From Blasia pusilla (lineage: Eukaryota): a DNA stretch of 64,000 nt. Position 1 is the first letter of the stretch, and the number at the start of each line of letters is the position of its first letter. Made by a program: the position numbers and the translations under genes. Positions 39,753 to 54,295 of the stretch are shown here, one piece after another. The notes under the pieces are model-generated. The model was not told where the DNA came from and did not search any database. It saw nothing but the letters and a program-made list of their open reading frames with translations. The DNA lies in NCBI GenBank assembly GCA_050084515.1, contig CM114271.1:16554001-16618000 (forward strand), in the 5' to 3' direction.

Positions 39753-40709
39753 TATATTGTATAAGAGTTTCAATTTTACAGTCGTTTACTGAGTTTGATC
39801 CCCAAGAGGATCATTGTTTGATGAAAAGAGAGTTCGAAATTACAATTCTGTTGTAATAATTGTATTTAAGTGTGTATGATTTAAATTCAATGTCTTATCA
39901 ATATCTTCGGATCTTTCTTAGTACCAAGGTTTCTTTCCTCTATTCTCTCTAGTGGAGTTGACAGCACGCTCAGATAGATTGCCTCTCGATATCAAGAAAC
40001 CTCACAGAGACCTCAACATGAAAGATGGCTTCTCCTACTTTCGGAACTCAATCCGTCTCGGTAGGCTACTCTCTGTCAAACATATTTCCTACAACTCTAT
40101 GTTGATTAGTCCATTGATGAGAAATGTTTGCCTGATTCACTCTTCAATCTGCATATCCAAAAAGAATACTCAGTCATAAGCATCGCACATCAGAATGAAT
40201 GAATGAGTGCTTTACTACTCCATCAAGAATGAAAAAGCTTCAAAAGTGTATACAAGTTTGAGAGGGTAATACTCCCTTGCTCGGACCATTCATACAGCAT
40301 GAAGACTTCGTAAGAGAATGATGATGATAGCTACTTCTATGCTTCTTAAATACTCTGTGAAGTAGGAGTGATCCAAAGATTCGAAGCGTTCTTGATGAAG
40401 CTGGTGTCTCTTCAATATTTGTAACTACCTAGATATATGGTGCTCTTCTCTTTTCCTAAGATCCCTATGAATCTGCAGAACAAAATTGTCTTAACTACCT
40501 ATCTGATACAAAGAGTTGCGCCTTTTCCTATTCTAACTATGTGTCACTTGAAATCACTATCAATCCTAGCTTCGCTTCGCTGTTAAGTCTGGACCTCTTT
40601 TGCTTTGCTTGAGGACGAAGCTCTCTCTCTTGATCTGAAGACGAAGCGCTTCATTCTTTATTCTTGTCCCAAGTGCTTTCTACTTCGAGCTTCGTTCAAG
40701 AGCGAAGTA

Positions 40710-40740
<31 letters not shown>

Positions 40741-41073
40741 TTCTTCTTCTTCTTCTTCTTCTTCTTCTTCTTCTTCTTCTTCATGCTTCCTTAAGAAGCA
40801 AAGCACTTCATAGACAAGTTCTTAACAGAGCTTCGTTGTCCTTTCGAAGTTTCTTGCTGGGTCTTTAGACTTAGTTATTGTATTCTCCTCTCCTCTTAAG
40901 CAAATCCTTGATTTTGTATCTCTCTGCCTTGTCCTTGGAGCTTCGTGATTCACTTTAATCTTACTCATTCTTCTCCATAATAATACATAATAATCAAAAT
41001 CATAATGTATATACAAGTCTTCGTTGAATAAAAAGATGTATTTCTTCAAAAGTACAAAATTATGGGTATCACA
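39753..41073 (-). mobile_element. Solo-LTR-like insertion (~1.3 kb) in Copia integrase, containing (CTT)n at ~40720-40782
   Basis: Splits the IHSD-VWG motif; minus strand starts TGTGATACCC; imperfect 5-bp TSD ACACA/ACCCA. Confidence 0.65.
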
Positions 41074-41909
41074 ACCCATCACTGTGAATCAACTCCAATA
41101 TCCTAGATGCTCTTCTACCTTGCTTTGGAAAAGGAAATCTAGCTTGTTTTCCAAATTGGCAAGGAGGACATACCTCTAACGTAGTAGGACTCGCTAGTTG
41201 AGGGAGTCTTATTACTATATTAGATGATGAAAGACTCTCTAATATTTGAAGATTTATATGTCCAATTCTTTTATGTCACGTATTTAGATATTTGACTTGT
41301 TGGCCGGTTTGACCATACATTACTTTTTGAATCTCTAGCATAGAAACATCTAATTTGAATATTTTTCCAGATCTAGTTCCTTTGGCTATCGTAGCCCGGT
41401 CACCCAATGTTTCAATGAAACAACGATTTGCGTTAAACTTCACTTGATAATATTTTTCTACTATGTGGCCTATAGAGATCAGGTTTCTTGCAATGGTAGG
41501 AACATAGAGAACATTTCCAAGAGCACAAAGACCATCTGATGCTATTGGAACTTTACCGGTATGCGTGATATGATGTTGAGTGTCATCTCCTATGAGCACA
41601 ATTGCAAGATCTTTCACCGGCTCCAAACTACTGAACCATTTAGCTTGTAAAGTCATGTGATTTGATGCACCAGAGTCAATGTATCAATCTGTTGTCGAGT
41701 CTTTCTTGAACATTTCTCCCATATGATGAGTCATGACCAAGAGATGCTCCGTTTGTGAATGTGGTTGTTCTTGGTACTGCTCTTGGTGTTGTTGCTCCAC
41801 ATATTTTTGTTGTTGTAAGGCTCGTGTTCTCATATTTACCTTTTTCTTGAAGCAAAACTTTGCATAGTGATCCTTTATCCCAAAGTAATTGCAAGATCCA
41901 AGGACCCTA

Positions 41910-42570
41910 TGTTGCTAACCTCGACCCTAACGGTTTTCACCATCATGTCGTGCGCATACACATCGCTACACAACAAACATCTCTGTCACCGAACACGCAC
42001 ACAAACACGCATGATCCCATGCTAACTCATGGCATCCAAACAACGAGACAAGAAGTACCAAAATATCTCCAATAAAGTAAGCTCCAATCTCTCTCTACAC
42101 CATCTCACACCATAGCTCTCAAAGGTGTGCACTCTCTCTCATGTCAAACCAAACCCACTCTCCTAATGAGAGGCTCGGGTTATATTCACAAGGCAAGGGA
42201 CCATAGCTCCGCCGCCTCATGCCAAGAGGTTCAACAAAGAGAGAATGAGCTCTCAAGCTCTCTCTCCTTGAGGTATACCCTTCCCCTCTCCCAAGCTCTC
42301 TCCATGGTAACCTATTCTCCCAAGTCACCTCCTTGGCTCTTGACCTTATGTAGGAGGTCAAGGGCCACTTACCAAAAATATAAAGTCGATAAAATACTCA
42401 AAATGGTACTTACATAAAATAGTAAGTTCCTCAAAATGGCTCCAAATGAGCCGAAACGAAGGGGAAACCTACACTCTCAGGTTTCCCGGTGCCTCAGCGC
42501 GTCATCCGCGACCTACTGAGTGTGTTCTCCACTACTCATGCAGGCGCTCTATTAGATCTCACCGATCTAT
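41910..42570. mobile_element. ~660-bp LTR-like insertion in Copia gag
   Basis: Interrupts gag just before the zinc knuckle; flanked by CCTA repeats (41906-41909, 42571-42574); starts TG but lacks a terminal CA. Confidence 0.55.
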
Positions 42571-44329
42571 CCTAAAAGACGTGACAATCACCACCTTGTG
42601 ATTGTGTGTGATATTGGTTTGTAGTTGATTGTGTGACGTTATATTGAGTGCCTCTTCCTCCATATGCTTGATATCCACCATGACCATGGAAGTTTCTGCC
42701 ATGACGCTTGCCTCTGTTTGATCCATAACTTGCAAATAGCGCACTCTCTTGCAGACTAGACGAGCTACCGTTGCCTACTAGGCGCATCTCCTCACTGATC
42801 AACAAAGGAACTAACTCTTGAAAGGTTGGATACTTCTCTCTCACAGAGATAGAGGTCTCAAAGGACTTGTAATCCTTTGGAAGGCCTTGAAGAGTGAATA
42901 AAATCAGATCATCATCTTCTATTGTCGATCCAATGCTATTTATTCAATTGATCAACAATATGTCTGATACTCAAAATATAATCATTGATGCTTTGAGATC
43001 CTTTCCTCACTTTGTTCAATTGAAGTTTTCTAGCCTTTGTAGATGTCTAGAACAGATTTTCCAATGCATCCCAGGCCTCCTTCGGAATATCAACATCTTG
43101 AATGTGACCTATCATTGGCGAACTGATCGTTATTGAAATATAGTGAATTACTTGCCTTGCGCGTTTGTTCTAGGCGCGAACATTCAAGTCTGTTGAGTTA
43201 CCTTCTGGCTTGGCCTCATCACCTGTGACAAGTTCCCATAGTTCTTGACCCATGAGAAATTGTTTCATGTGAAACTTCCAGACATTCTAATTTTGCTTAT
43301 CTAGCTTCTCTATTGTGATTATTGTTGAGGAATACTCCATGATGAACGATTTTACTCACAAATACATAATTTCAGGCTTTCTACTGCTCCAATTGAAGCA
43401 TAGACCACTCCTTCACAGAAATTGACGTGAAAATTTCCAAAATTGATCAACTGTAAGAAAGAACTAGTCGAAATTGGCCTCTATAGAGCAAACTCCACAA
43501 CTTTTCTTCACTAATTGCACTTTCCTACACTGAAATTGCTACTGCATGAGCTTAGAATATCAAAATTGAGCAATTTTGGGTGCGTTGGAAAGCTCTCAAC
43601 GAGCTCTACAAGATGACTAAAACCAGCCTTAGGTGTCAATCCAGCCGTTATAGATTCGGACGGCTAAATCGACCGGGAAAGCCTTAAAAAATGCCTCCAA
43701 AGTTTTATCACCGTCAAAGCTCCACATGAAATCTGCACCCACTGAGCTCTAAATAAAACTTCCTTCTCCCAAAGTGAAATTTTACCTTCTCTTGCCTCTC
43801 TTCTGTCCTCAAACACCAAGAATTTCAAGTGATATTCTTCTATCACTCTGATACCATGTGGAAAATTGTTAAACAAGCATAACTAATGGAAAACGACTCT
43901 CACACACATACACCATCATGGAAAACAAAATTTGCAATGAGAGAATGAGTGGAGGCTCGTCCCCTTCTCAATTATATAGGGTATGTACAAGCAACCCTAA
44001 CCCTAACCTTAACCATAATCTCAAGTTATACTAATTGTGATTAACTAACCCTAGTTAAGATAATCATGCTTAAGTGACTAACCAAGATTAAGTTTTCTTA
44101 CTTCGTGTGAGTACCAAATATAGCAATTGAGGTATCTCATGAGCTTGATTGTAACTCAATCTTCAATACCAACTCATTTTTTATAAGTTTCAACTACTCT
44201 CGTAGTCTTTACTAAATTAGATGATAGGTCTAAATTGTAGATCATGGCGTAGCCAACATAGCCAATGTAGAGTTCCCGAACGCTAGCTAACGTACAGTTC
44301 AGGAACGTGACTCCGAAGCCTAGTGCGTC

Positions 44330-44570
44330 TGATGCTACAATGGTACAATGCTTACTATGGTTCGCCATGGTTAAGTGTGCATGATGCTACAATGATACGA
44401 TGCTTATCATGGTTCGCCATGGAAAAGTGTGAGTGGTCTTACAATGATACGATGCTTACCATGGTTAGTATGCAGGATGCTAGGTTTCTTACCATGGTTT
44501 CTCTACACGATGCTACGTTGCTTACCATGGTTTGGTTCAATCAACACAATGCCTACCATGGTTCATAGCA
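44330..44570. repeat. Degenerate ~30-45-bp tandem repeat (GATGCTTACCATGGTT core)
   Basis: About six copies of TGCTTACCATGGTT with ATGCTACAATG variants. Confidence 0.8.
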
Positions 44571-44779
44571 TATTACGCTTTGTGATCCTGTGGGCTTCGG
44601 ACTCCGAGCACGCATTGGCGGCCAAATTTTGAAGCTCGTCCATTCAGGCGTTCATGATTTCTACGTTGAGTAATGCTTGATTTATTGAAAGGTAAAAATT
44701 TAAGATAAAAAATACCACATAGTGGCCACTTTTTAAATCATGGTTTTCCAAAACGGTTATCTTCGATCAATTTTCAATA

Positions 44780-45010
44780 TGAGAGTCTTGGACCTACAGA
44801 GAAATCAGGGACTCTTGGTAGAGAGTCTTGGACTATAGAGATATCATGGACTCTTGGTAGAGAGTCTTGGACTATAGAGAAATCAAGGACCCTTGGTAGA
44901 GAGTCTTTGGACTATAGAGACATCAGGGACTTTTCAATCTGAGAGTCTTGGACTACAGAGAAATCAGGGACTCTTGGTAGAGAGTCTTGGACTATAGAGA
45001 AATCAAGGAG
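44780..45010. repeat. ~39-bp tandem repeat x6
   Basis: GAGAGTCTTGGACTATAGAGAAATCAGGGACTCTTGGTA units. Confidence 0.9.
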
Positions 45011-45118
45011 TCTCAGTTCACCTCTTTGGCCACTTCCATCGGAAACTGGATGCTCTTCATCTAAGAGGTTATCAAGCATGGCTTCCACGGTGGTTCTCTT
45101 ACTACTATTCTTAATTTT

Positions 45119-47843
45119 CTAATTTTTATGTGGTCTCGTATCTACCAAAGGCAAGTGTAAATGAAGAGTATTTTTGTGTATTTCCTTGCTTTCATATTGG
45201 CTAACAAGAGCATCCAAGTCTAGATGCATACATGCATCCGCTTCCAATTCTACCTCCATGTTCTGAAATTTTGATCGCTTAACTCCAATGATTGCCTGCA
45301 AAAATTTATCTACAATCTCTTGAACATCTTCTATGGTAGTTATATGTGATGTTGATGTAGGTGTCGTCAAATGGGACACTTCAGGATAACCAACATCGTC
45401 CATAAACTTCGATTCCACAGCAGTGCCACCTTAGTCCTCTGCATACTTTTGTGTCAGGTTTTCTAACCCACCAGCTTTGCTTCCAAAATGTGTGCTCAGG
45501 AAGGACAACAAGTCGACTTCACTGTGCCCACTCAACAATAAACACTTTATATAACAGGGAAGCAATTTTTAATAGGATGCATTAAAATTGCAAAAAAATA
45601 TATAGGTCATGAATGGGGCTATCAAAGAAAAATTGGTAACATCAACGTAATGATAAGTTTCCCATAAAACAGACCTAATGTTTACAAGTGAAGTCTTTGT
45701 TGGCATGTGAACATGTACAAGCCGCATCTTTCAAGTCATAGTCAATGACATCATGCCAAACGTCCGTCTTTGAGCAACTCTTAACTTGAGCACATTTCCT
45801 CCCATTTAGCATTTTAAATGTAACATGGTTGTCTGGGATATCATTTGCCCTTCGAATAGCCATGAGCATGACTTTCTGTATTGCCTTGTTCTTGACCATA
45901 CCTTCTCGTTTAAAAAATCCCAAGTGCCAAATTTTTTTCTATTTCCCGGTATAACATTTGCACAAGCCATATGAGCTTCCTTGTAGGCTTTGTGGGCATG
46001 CTAGAGGTGAGATGCATTTTGAGGGTGTGGTCCCATCTTTCGATTAGTGCATTGGTGTCTTGATTGGACCGAGCATGCTTACGATAGCCTTTTGCCCAAG
46101 TAACAATCTTTGGATGCCAATAGTATAGATAGTATTTCACAAAATGGCGTTTTGTTCGTGCCCACTTGCGCATGAAATAGTCGGAGGCATTAACAAGATA
46201 TGGGATACAAAACAAACAAAGAATTAGTAACCATCAGATATCTCCTTTAACCTGAGTAATCTCTTCGCACCATGGATTGAAAATAAATGAAAATAGAGTG
46301 ACTAGTACTGATTTTGAACATACCTTCATCGCGTGAGTACATGATACCACCCAAGTCTCTCTTCATATCACCTTTTGTAACTAGACAACCGACCCGTTGG
46401 TGTAGATTCTTTAACCAATTCTTTCTGGCGTGCCATAAACAGAGGTCTATAGGAACATCAGGGAATATTTCTCTGATAATATATTGTTCCTCTTTAGAAT
46501 AGTCAACTATGAAGCATGATGGTGTCCAAGCAAGGCTATCAACCTGGGCACCAGCTCTCCTTATGTAACTATCTGCCCAGTCCTTGATATGGCTCAATGT
46601 CTCCACCAGATCCCGATGTTGATGTCTTTGTAGGATGGCCCATATTAGAGGCAATCCGTTTTGGAACTTGTCAAAACCCAACAAGGTGAATAGCTGATAC
46701 AATGAACATGGAAATACAACTGTTCAGAATTCGGATTGTTCAATGAATAGCTGATACAATGAACTCAAAATTCTAACTATTCGGAATTTAGACAAGTGGT
46801 GCATCGACATCATGGTGACACAAATTCTTTAATGTAGCATAGGTAGTCCAAGAAGAGAATCCTATTATGGATGTTTGGACCTGAATTGACCTCATATGTG
46901 TTCGTACCATGAGTTGCATCCATGGAGATAGCTCCACCGTCACCAAGTAGCAAGAAATTTTGAAGCATCCAAGGTGTGGAAATGACCAGGCTGAAAGGTT
47001 GCCCTGAGCTAGAGATGTCCTCCTTGTAGTGTATGAAATTTGTAGGATGATCTGCAAAACAATTTTGGATTGCAGTAGCATCATCGGTTCCATCATACCC
47101 CCCTTCCCGTCTTCGCATTGAATGTTTGATATTTAGAATATCTTGCAGTTTTAGTATAGCATCCGTGCCCCACGCTGGTTCCTAATTAGGATTCTCTCAA
47201 ATGTGTTCACGAATCCATCTCCTGTGCTCTTTCATTATATTTAAGGAACTCAGGTTGACTCGCAATAAGCGCTCTACAAAGTCCTGGAAATGCGAACTCA
47301 ACTTCGGGGCAACTACTGCGTTTGCAATGTCAGCGGTCTTGTCTAAGTCCCCATAGCATATGTGCCTTGTCTTATCCACATGCTTCGAATGCATATGTCT
47401 TAACATAGCACAATCAAGACGGTCTTTTGAGGTTATAAGGGCAAAATGGAATTGGCATCCATGTTCTTGAGAAGCCCAAGACGTCTACTTTGGCTTTTTG
47501 GCCTACTACCCTTGCCTCCTTTGTGGCGAAGGTTCAAATTAAATACCTCTTCGGGCAAAGAGGTCCAAACGGCCTTCCTATAATCCTGGGGTCCATATGC
47601 ACACCAGTATCGAACGATAACATGTACATGCTCGGATTTGTCTGTCTTAATCTTGCGAAATGTGGTATGGAAATGAGCTCTTTGTTCTTCACCATTAATG
47701 AAGTCTTGAACCCTATCTGAAGGAATCCATGCCTCTTTTCTATCACCATACCAAATCAAGTGTTCATTCAGGAAAGGGCCAGGAAGAGGAATCTGGATTA
47801 CATCACATTGGAATGTACCCAAATACTTGGTGAATTTCACCAT
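45119..47843 (-). pseudogene. Second MULE transposase (different family), DDE plus SWIM, spliced and degenerate
   Basis: ISMDATHGTN (D1), YQLFTLLGFD..NGLP, CFIVD (D2), LCLWH (CxxH), DTNALIERWD (E), CTCSH...TCKH (SWIM). Confidence 0.9.
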
Positions 47844-50789
47844 TACTATGTGCTAACGAGTTCGCGAGGTGCGAATAACAGGTGGGTGGGTGATACAAGT
47901 TTCCTTATGGACAATTCCTACTCCAATTCAAGAGAAGGGTGTCAAAGATTTCCATTCCACTTGATTGGAAACAAGGGAAAAAATATGTAAACATAATTGT
48001 GAATATCTTATACACAAACGGTGACATTCAACATGCACGAAACTCATTCCACATACATGATTTTATTCGAATACGGAAACGTCAATCCCATCCACACGGG
48101 GAGAGTACAAGGCCACCTTGCGATTTCAAATTTAGGACTGGACTACATATATTTCAAGCTTACGGGACTACGCACATCTAATTGCCAACCCACTCGCCAA
48201 CCCACTTGGAATTGGGTTCCAATTTGAGTTAGTCGCAGAACTTCCGATTTGTATAACACTTTTAACCCTAATCGATCAAGTGATTAGTAAAGCCCACTAA
48301 GGAAGCACTAAACCTAACGCCGTCGGACAAGGTGACAGACGGCGTCTGTGGTAGACGGACACCGTAGACGGCCCTAAACAACGTCCGTCTGCTCAGTCCG
48401 TTGGGACAAGGAGGTCGGACGACCTCCTTGTAGCCCGAACCCTATCCTGGCCACCAATATCCACCGTATCTCCCGCCCGCGCACTGCTGTTACATCCGAT
48501 CCAAAGCCCAGGACTTCCGCACTCCTGACGCTGCTAACCTTAGCCGCTACTTTACGTTGCCTTTAATGCAAGGCAGCGGCAAAGTATGGGCTTCACTTCT
48601 TGTCAAGGAGAACTGAGCCCTGAATTTTGTAACCCAAAGTTCAGATTTATAGTGATTTGAGTGGTGAGTGGCGCGTGGAAAAGTGTCTTATTGCCAAAAG
48701 TTTCAATTTTGTCAATAAAGGTCACTTGGTTTTGGCATTTGGTAGTATTTTTCCGCTAGGGGGGGATAATTAATTATTACACTCGAGTGAAGGACACATG
48801 CAAGCATAGGAGGAAAAAAATGCAAATGCTTACAAAGGCTAGTAAAGAAAAGTACTAATAAGATAATGATTATGTTATGTGCATACAACAGATTATACAC
48901 TACACTAGTTACTTTTAAAATGGTGGAAATTTTCATATTTTAAACCCAATTAAATATGATTTTTTCTTAATTTTATTCCATAAATTCTCCTAAGATTCAA
49001 ACTCTGAATTTGGGACGTATTCTTGGTTTTTCAATGCGTCATTGATCTCCCCAAATGCTTCCCATTTGCTCCTCCAAAACGCGTTTTAGTCTCCCCTAAC
49101 TTATCCTTCCAAATCATCTCTAAGGGGCTTTTACCATTTGGCTATATTTGAATGGTATAGACTTTTTCTTTCTTCCTTGGTCAATCTTACTACTTGGTCA
49201 ATTTAACTCAAGTCATTCTCCTATTTCTTTGAGATTTTCTCTTGACCAAATATTTACCAAGATTCTTTGGCCGTTCATAAGATTCCAATAGCACCGTTAC
49301 TTTTTGGAGGACAGTTTCCCGTAGTTGACTTCCACCTTCCATCTTCTTTCCTTCTTAACTTCAGAATTCTTATTCTTACTTTACGGGAGTGTAGCCTTCA
49401 CATTTCTTCTTGGCTAACACTTATAATTTCCCCATAAGTATTACATGAAATGCCCGTCGGGCTTCACTATGACTTTCCTTATGAGATTCTCTAGTTTAGA
49501 CTTCTAAGGCTCTAAGTCTCGACTTATTTGATTAGATTTACTTGTGGTATGAATCTTCATCGCCTAGTCAAGTTTAGAATATACCTACGCACTTAAAATT
49601 ACGAATATTAGGTCGTGTTTGTTTTATGTACTTGACGCGTCGCATCGACTATTTCACGTGTAGAAGTACAACGACAACCCCCACACCCTCCTTCTCTCAA
49701 AGGGTCGTAAACTGGTTTCCTTATTTGATCAGACTTACTTGTGGTATGAATCTTCATCACCCAATCAAATTTAGAATATAAACTGGTTTCCTTGTTGTCA
49801 ACCGAACCAAAACATTTCTGGTACTATTCTCATAGGGATGTTTTTGTAATAGATAGGCAGGTCCTCACAAATCAAGAAGCAATGGTGTAGATTCTCGGAT
49901 TTAGTAGGGATATGGCCGTTTCTCCGTGTTGAATTGTTGTAAGTCCACTTTCGTTGGTTTCCGATTCTTTCTTTTCCTCACCCTCAAAGTGAAAACTAAC
50001 ATGTGGAAATTGTGTCCAGTTTCCAAGAGATTCAAAATGGAATGCAGGCATTCACTAGGCCCGCACCGACGCAGTTCACTCAGAAAGCGACCGGTTACCG
50101 CACGCTGCACCGAGGGTACCTGACCTACAGCTGTGTTGGTGCCCGAGGGCGGTGGTGACAAGTCACAACGGATTTAGCGTGACGCCATTGACTGGGATCG
50201 TGCCGTCCCGTCGGATGGAGACCGTAAGAGATAATAAATATTCACTATTGGGCGAAACTTGGCAGCGAGGCGCGTCATGGGTGGGGCAGACATGACCGTG
50301 TCGCCGTAATTAGTAACTCGTGGCAGTAATTAACCGCCACATGGGTGGCGTGGTGTGGTTTGAGTAGGCTCGCTCGCACTCGGAGTTCACTGGCAACTTC
50401 CGTTGCGTCGGGGAAGATAAAGTCCGAGTGGGAGCTAGGACTCGACTTGGGGAGGACTTGTCCCGGGAGAAATCGTAAATCTAAAGGGGGAGGTATTCGG
50501 GACGAGAAAGAAGGAAATTCGTGAAGGGCGGGGAAAGGGAGAAGAAGGGAACGTGGGCGAAAGGAGAGGGTAGGGAGGGACGGAAGGTAAGGGAGAGAAG
50601 TGACAGAAAATGCTCTGCGGGCCGTCAATTGGGAGGTGGAATCGGGTGCTGGGGGCAGGAGGAGGGAGTGGTGCGATATCTGCGGGAGGGAAGAGCGTGG
50701 GGAGGCAGAGAGGGGTGGGAAATTGGGAGCAGGGGAGCGATTTTTCGGCGCGCTTGGTGAGCGGGAGCGAGAGGTTCTGTGAGAGGAGG

Positions 50790-53700
50790 ATGGCGAAAAG
50801 TGGTGAAGGTGCGGCAGCGGTGAGTGGAGCGGAGACCGGATTCGGGGCGGGAGAGGTAGCCGGGGGAGAGCAGGGGAATGGAGTGGGAGGGGCCAGCTTG
50901 CAGCAGACGGGATTAGGAGGAGCAGGAGAGAGCGCAGTGGTTGTGGATCAGGGGTTCACACGTCCTGAAATGTTTACGAAGCCTTTGGTCGGAAGTGTGG
51001 AACATTATGACCGTCATGTTTTTCTGTGCTACAAGGAACCCGAGAGCTGGCCAGCTAAAGTGGAGGCCGCGGATTTTGATCGCCTACCTCGGTTCTTTTT
51101 TGCCGCTCTTCTGGCACGCAACAATGATATGCCCAAGAAGGTTGGTCGCAGTTTTCCCCCCTTCAGTCTTTCGTAATTGGAAGAAAACACCGCTTGTTGT
51201 CTTCCTCCTCGGATTGCGAATTCTCAATTTGTGGGAGCTGTCATCTGGATTGAATCTCCTTCCTGAAATGCCGAATCCATTGAAACCATTTATTTTTTTG
51301 GGTTTTAATTGACTGCCGACCTGTAATCAAACATCCTAAGTTTTCTGTGCATTTCATTGGATCGGAGACCGTGTGTCGAAGGTGAAATGATTGTTCCTCT
51401 CTTAAAAGTTTGTAATGGTGTCAAGAATCGGTTAGCAAGCAAGGCTCTATAATATATTTGTTCTGTACTGAGAGTTCTACGGGAAGTTCAAGAAGACGTA
51501 ACCTGACTCATTTTTCTACCCAGGTTCTTTGTGAACCATGTCTCTCCCATCCCGGACACAATTTCGGCTTGTATCATCAGTGCTTGTACACTTCATTTTG
51601 GCCGGTTAGGCTGTGAGTGTCGTTGAAGGGGGGTCTCCACAGTGTACTTTTTCTGAGCGTCTTTATCGAGTTCAACTGGAAATGAAAATCCATTCGAGGC
51701 AGAACTTTTTGAGCATGTCCGAGTACGTGAACATGCGTTTCTTGGGATCCCGTAATTACTTTTCATGTCCAGACGATTCCCATTGTACAATTCTTTGGAG
51801 TTACCTTCCACCTTTTTCGGCTCGTGAAGATCAAATTGTTCTGAAACAAATTCAGAACTATCTGTTATCGTGCATGAACTGATAAGGGTTTTCTGTATCC
51901 ATGTATGGGCCAATTTTGAAAGTATCACCAGATCGGCTCTTTGCTTAGAATGGAACGCGACTGTATACATCAGGAAATCTCGATCTTGTCAAAGGGGCTG
52001 CACAACAGTTAACGAGTAAGAATGAAAGCGGAATTTTTTCTGGCCTGTTAATGGCCGGACAGTCGTGCTTAAAGTTTTTGGGGTCTGTCGGTCTCCCGTT
52101 TTATCCTCAATTTCGGGTCAAACAAGGACAGTATGGTTCCAACTGCTTGCCAGAGATAGTCACATCGTCTGCCCTCAAAAGTGCTTCAGCGTGGGCTCTG
52201 AAAGATGCATCATCACTGGTGTGTCTGATTGCTTGCAGTGCGTACTCTATGACACGTTTTAGTAAACATTTTAGCTGTCGTGTACTATGGTCACCTCTCC
52301 TCTGATTCCTGGAGGAGTCTCTTCTTCAGCAAGTCCTGCCATGATCTTATCAGCTACGTATTCTTGAGACGGATGGCCTTGCAGTAGCCCGAGAAACTAC
52401 ACTCAAGCCTGTATAAATGTTTCTTTCTCTTTCTCAATCGATGAAGAGACAAAGCTTGCTACGACTCTTGTGTGGATGCAATTCAAGGAAAACATAACAA
52501 GTAAATGTGTTTATATTGTTGCTCATGTACAGACTCGATTAACCATATGTGAAGGTCGTGATGGGACTGATTCATCCAGTGGAGATGTCCTCATCTTTCC
52601 AGAAATGGTCCGATATAGGTGGGTCTGGGGAACAGTCTTCGTGTTGAAGAGTACTATCTTCTTACATCTGTGCCTTTCCTTCTTGATTGAGTATGGCAGT
52701 TCTTTCATATCTTTGTGAATCAGCACTTGATGGATCCTGCAAAGTTTTGAAATTCGGTTGTCACTGAATACACATCCAGGTGCTGAAGACATTATGGGTT
52801 GTATTTTGTTACAGGGGTTTAACGCACTTCGACGTCGACAGCTTTGTTGAGGATGTACTGGTGAAAGGGAAGGAGTGGGTGGGCTCCTCCAAGCCAGAAC
52901 CTTTGACTGGAAGCTTTGTCTTTGTCTGTGCCCATGGAACCAGGGATGCAAGGTGTGGTACGTGTGGGCCTGTGCTCATAGAGAAATTCCATGAGGAGAT
53001 TGCTTTGCGGGGACTCAAGGGTCAGATATCTGTGAGACCTTGTTCTCATATTGGAGGGCATAGGTATGCGGGGAATGTCATTATATTCAGCTCCACAGGG
53101 ACTGGGTCAGTCTCTGGGCACTGGTAAGACATCTATACTAGTACTTCTCTTGAAGTTATCCCTTGGTTTCTTCTCTTTGAAATGTTAATATCCAATCCAG
53201 CAAGACATATAACCGATCTAGTACTGTTTTGAGTAGAAACATGAGCACATCACCAGTCTTCAGCAGCATCTATCAACAAACTGTGTGTGTTGTTGCCCTT
53301 GCTTGGTCTTAGCAGTAAGCTTCTCTGTCAAGAGGAGTCGCGACTGATATATGCCATTGGTGTGATGCCTACCATATGCTGAATTGAGGCACATGATGCA
53401 TGGATGTTAATCCAAAAAGGAAGACCATTAGATGAACTGCTGCGGTCTTTTCTGTGATTGTTGAGGAGTAAGCTTTTCATATGAAGAAAGAGATCTGTGC
53501 TCTCCTTACACGATGATGAGTGCTGTAAGATGGAGTGGATTTTGCTGGGTCAGGTATGGATACGTTGTACCAGAAGATGTCCCTGCTCTGTTGGATGGAC
53601 ATATCGGCAATGGTGAAATCATTGATCGTCTTTGGAGGTAAGTCTGGTTCCGGAGGTATTATATTACTGCAAGTAGAGTAAGGAGCTTGTCTTGATGGGC

Positions 53701-54295
53701 AGTTACAATAATTTGTTGGATTCTCACCTTATGCTGCTGTATCTAGACTTGAATTCATTGCATCAAACAATGGTGCAGTAGGACTAGCAGACAAATAACT
53801 ACTTGCCATTGGTGCCTTTTTCATCCGGGCAAGTCTAAGCTTTATTTTCTTGGTGTGTGTGCTCATTGTCTACTTCACAGGGGACAAATGGGTCTTGCTA
53901 AAGATGAACAGAAGCTAGCACAAAAGGAGAGGCAATGCCAGCGAGGGGGGCAAAATGGTTGTCCTTGCGTTGAAAGTCAAGAGAGGGGTGTTGATGCCAA
54001 GAGACAAACTGGGTCTACCTGCTGTCAAACAGATAAGTCGGAGAAAGCAGTGAAATTGTATGATGGGAAGGTGAACGGGCATACGAATGGAGACGTGGAC
54101 AGTCCCAAAGCAGAATATACAGCTCCTCAAGTGTCATCAACTCAGCCCATGACTTTGACCTCCAGTTTCCTCAGATGGCCTAAATGGATCCAGACTTGGG
54201 AGCGAGAAGATACACAAGCTGCACTCGCAGTAGCTGGAGCAGCTGCATTTGTAGCTTTAGCAGTCCATGCATTCAGAAGGTCATCCTCTGCTTAA
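50790..54295 (+). CDS. Sucrase/ferredoxin-like (thioredoxin-like 2Fe-2S, Apd1/Aim32 family) protein; exons 50790-51140, 52533-52618, 52815-53123, 53554-53637, 53881-54295
   Basis: YDRHVFLCY, DVLIFPE, FVCAHGTRDARCG, CSHIGGHRYAGNVI, WYGYV.PEDV, LWRGQMGL motifs; GT-AG introns keep frame; hydrophobic C-terminal anchor. Confidence 0.95.

Larger units (their letters stand above)
38900..44195 (-). mobile_element. Ty1/Copia LTR retrotransposon, truncated after integrase, with two nested insertions
   Basis: LTR ~43857-44195; PBS TGGTATCAGAGT (43845-43856); gag from ~43340 with zinc knuckle ~41850-41900; protease IDSGASNHMT (~41660-41690); CPPCQFGKQ...IHSD; integrase DGGGEY, QNGVAERKNR, WAEAV (39634-39107). 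No RT seen. Confidence 0.9.
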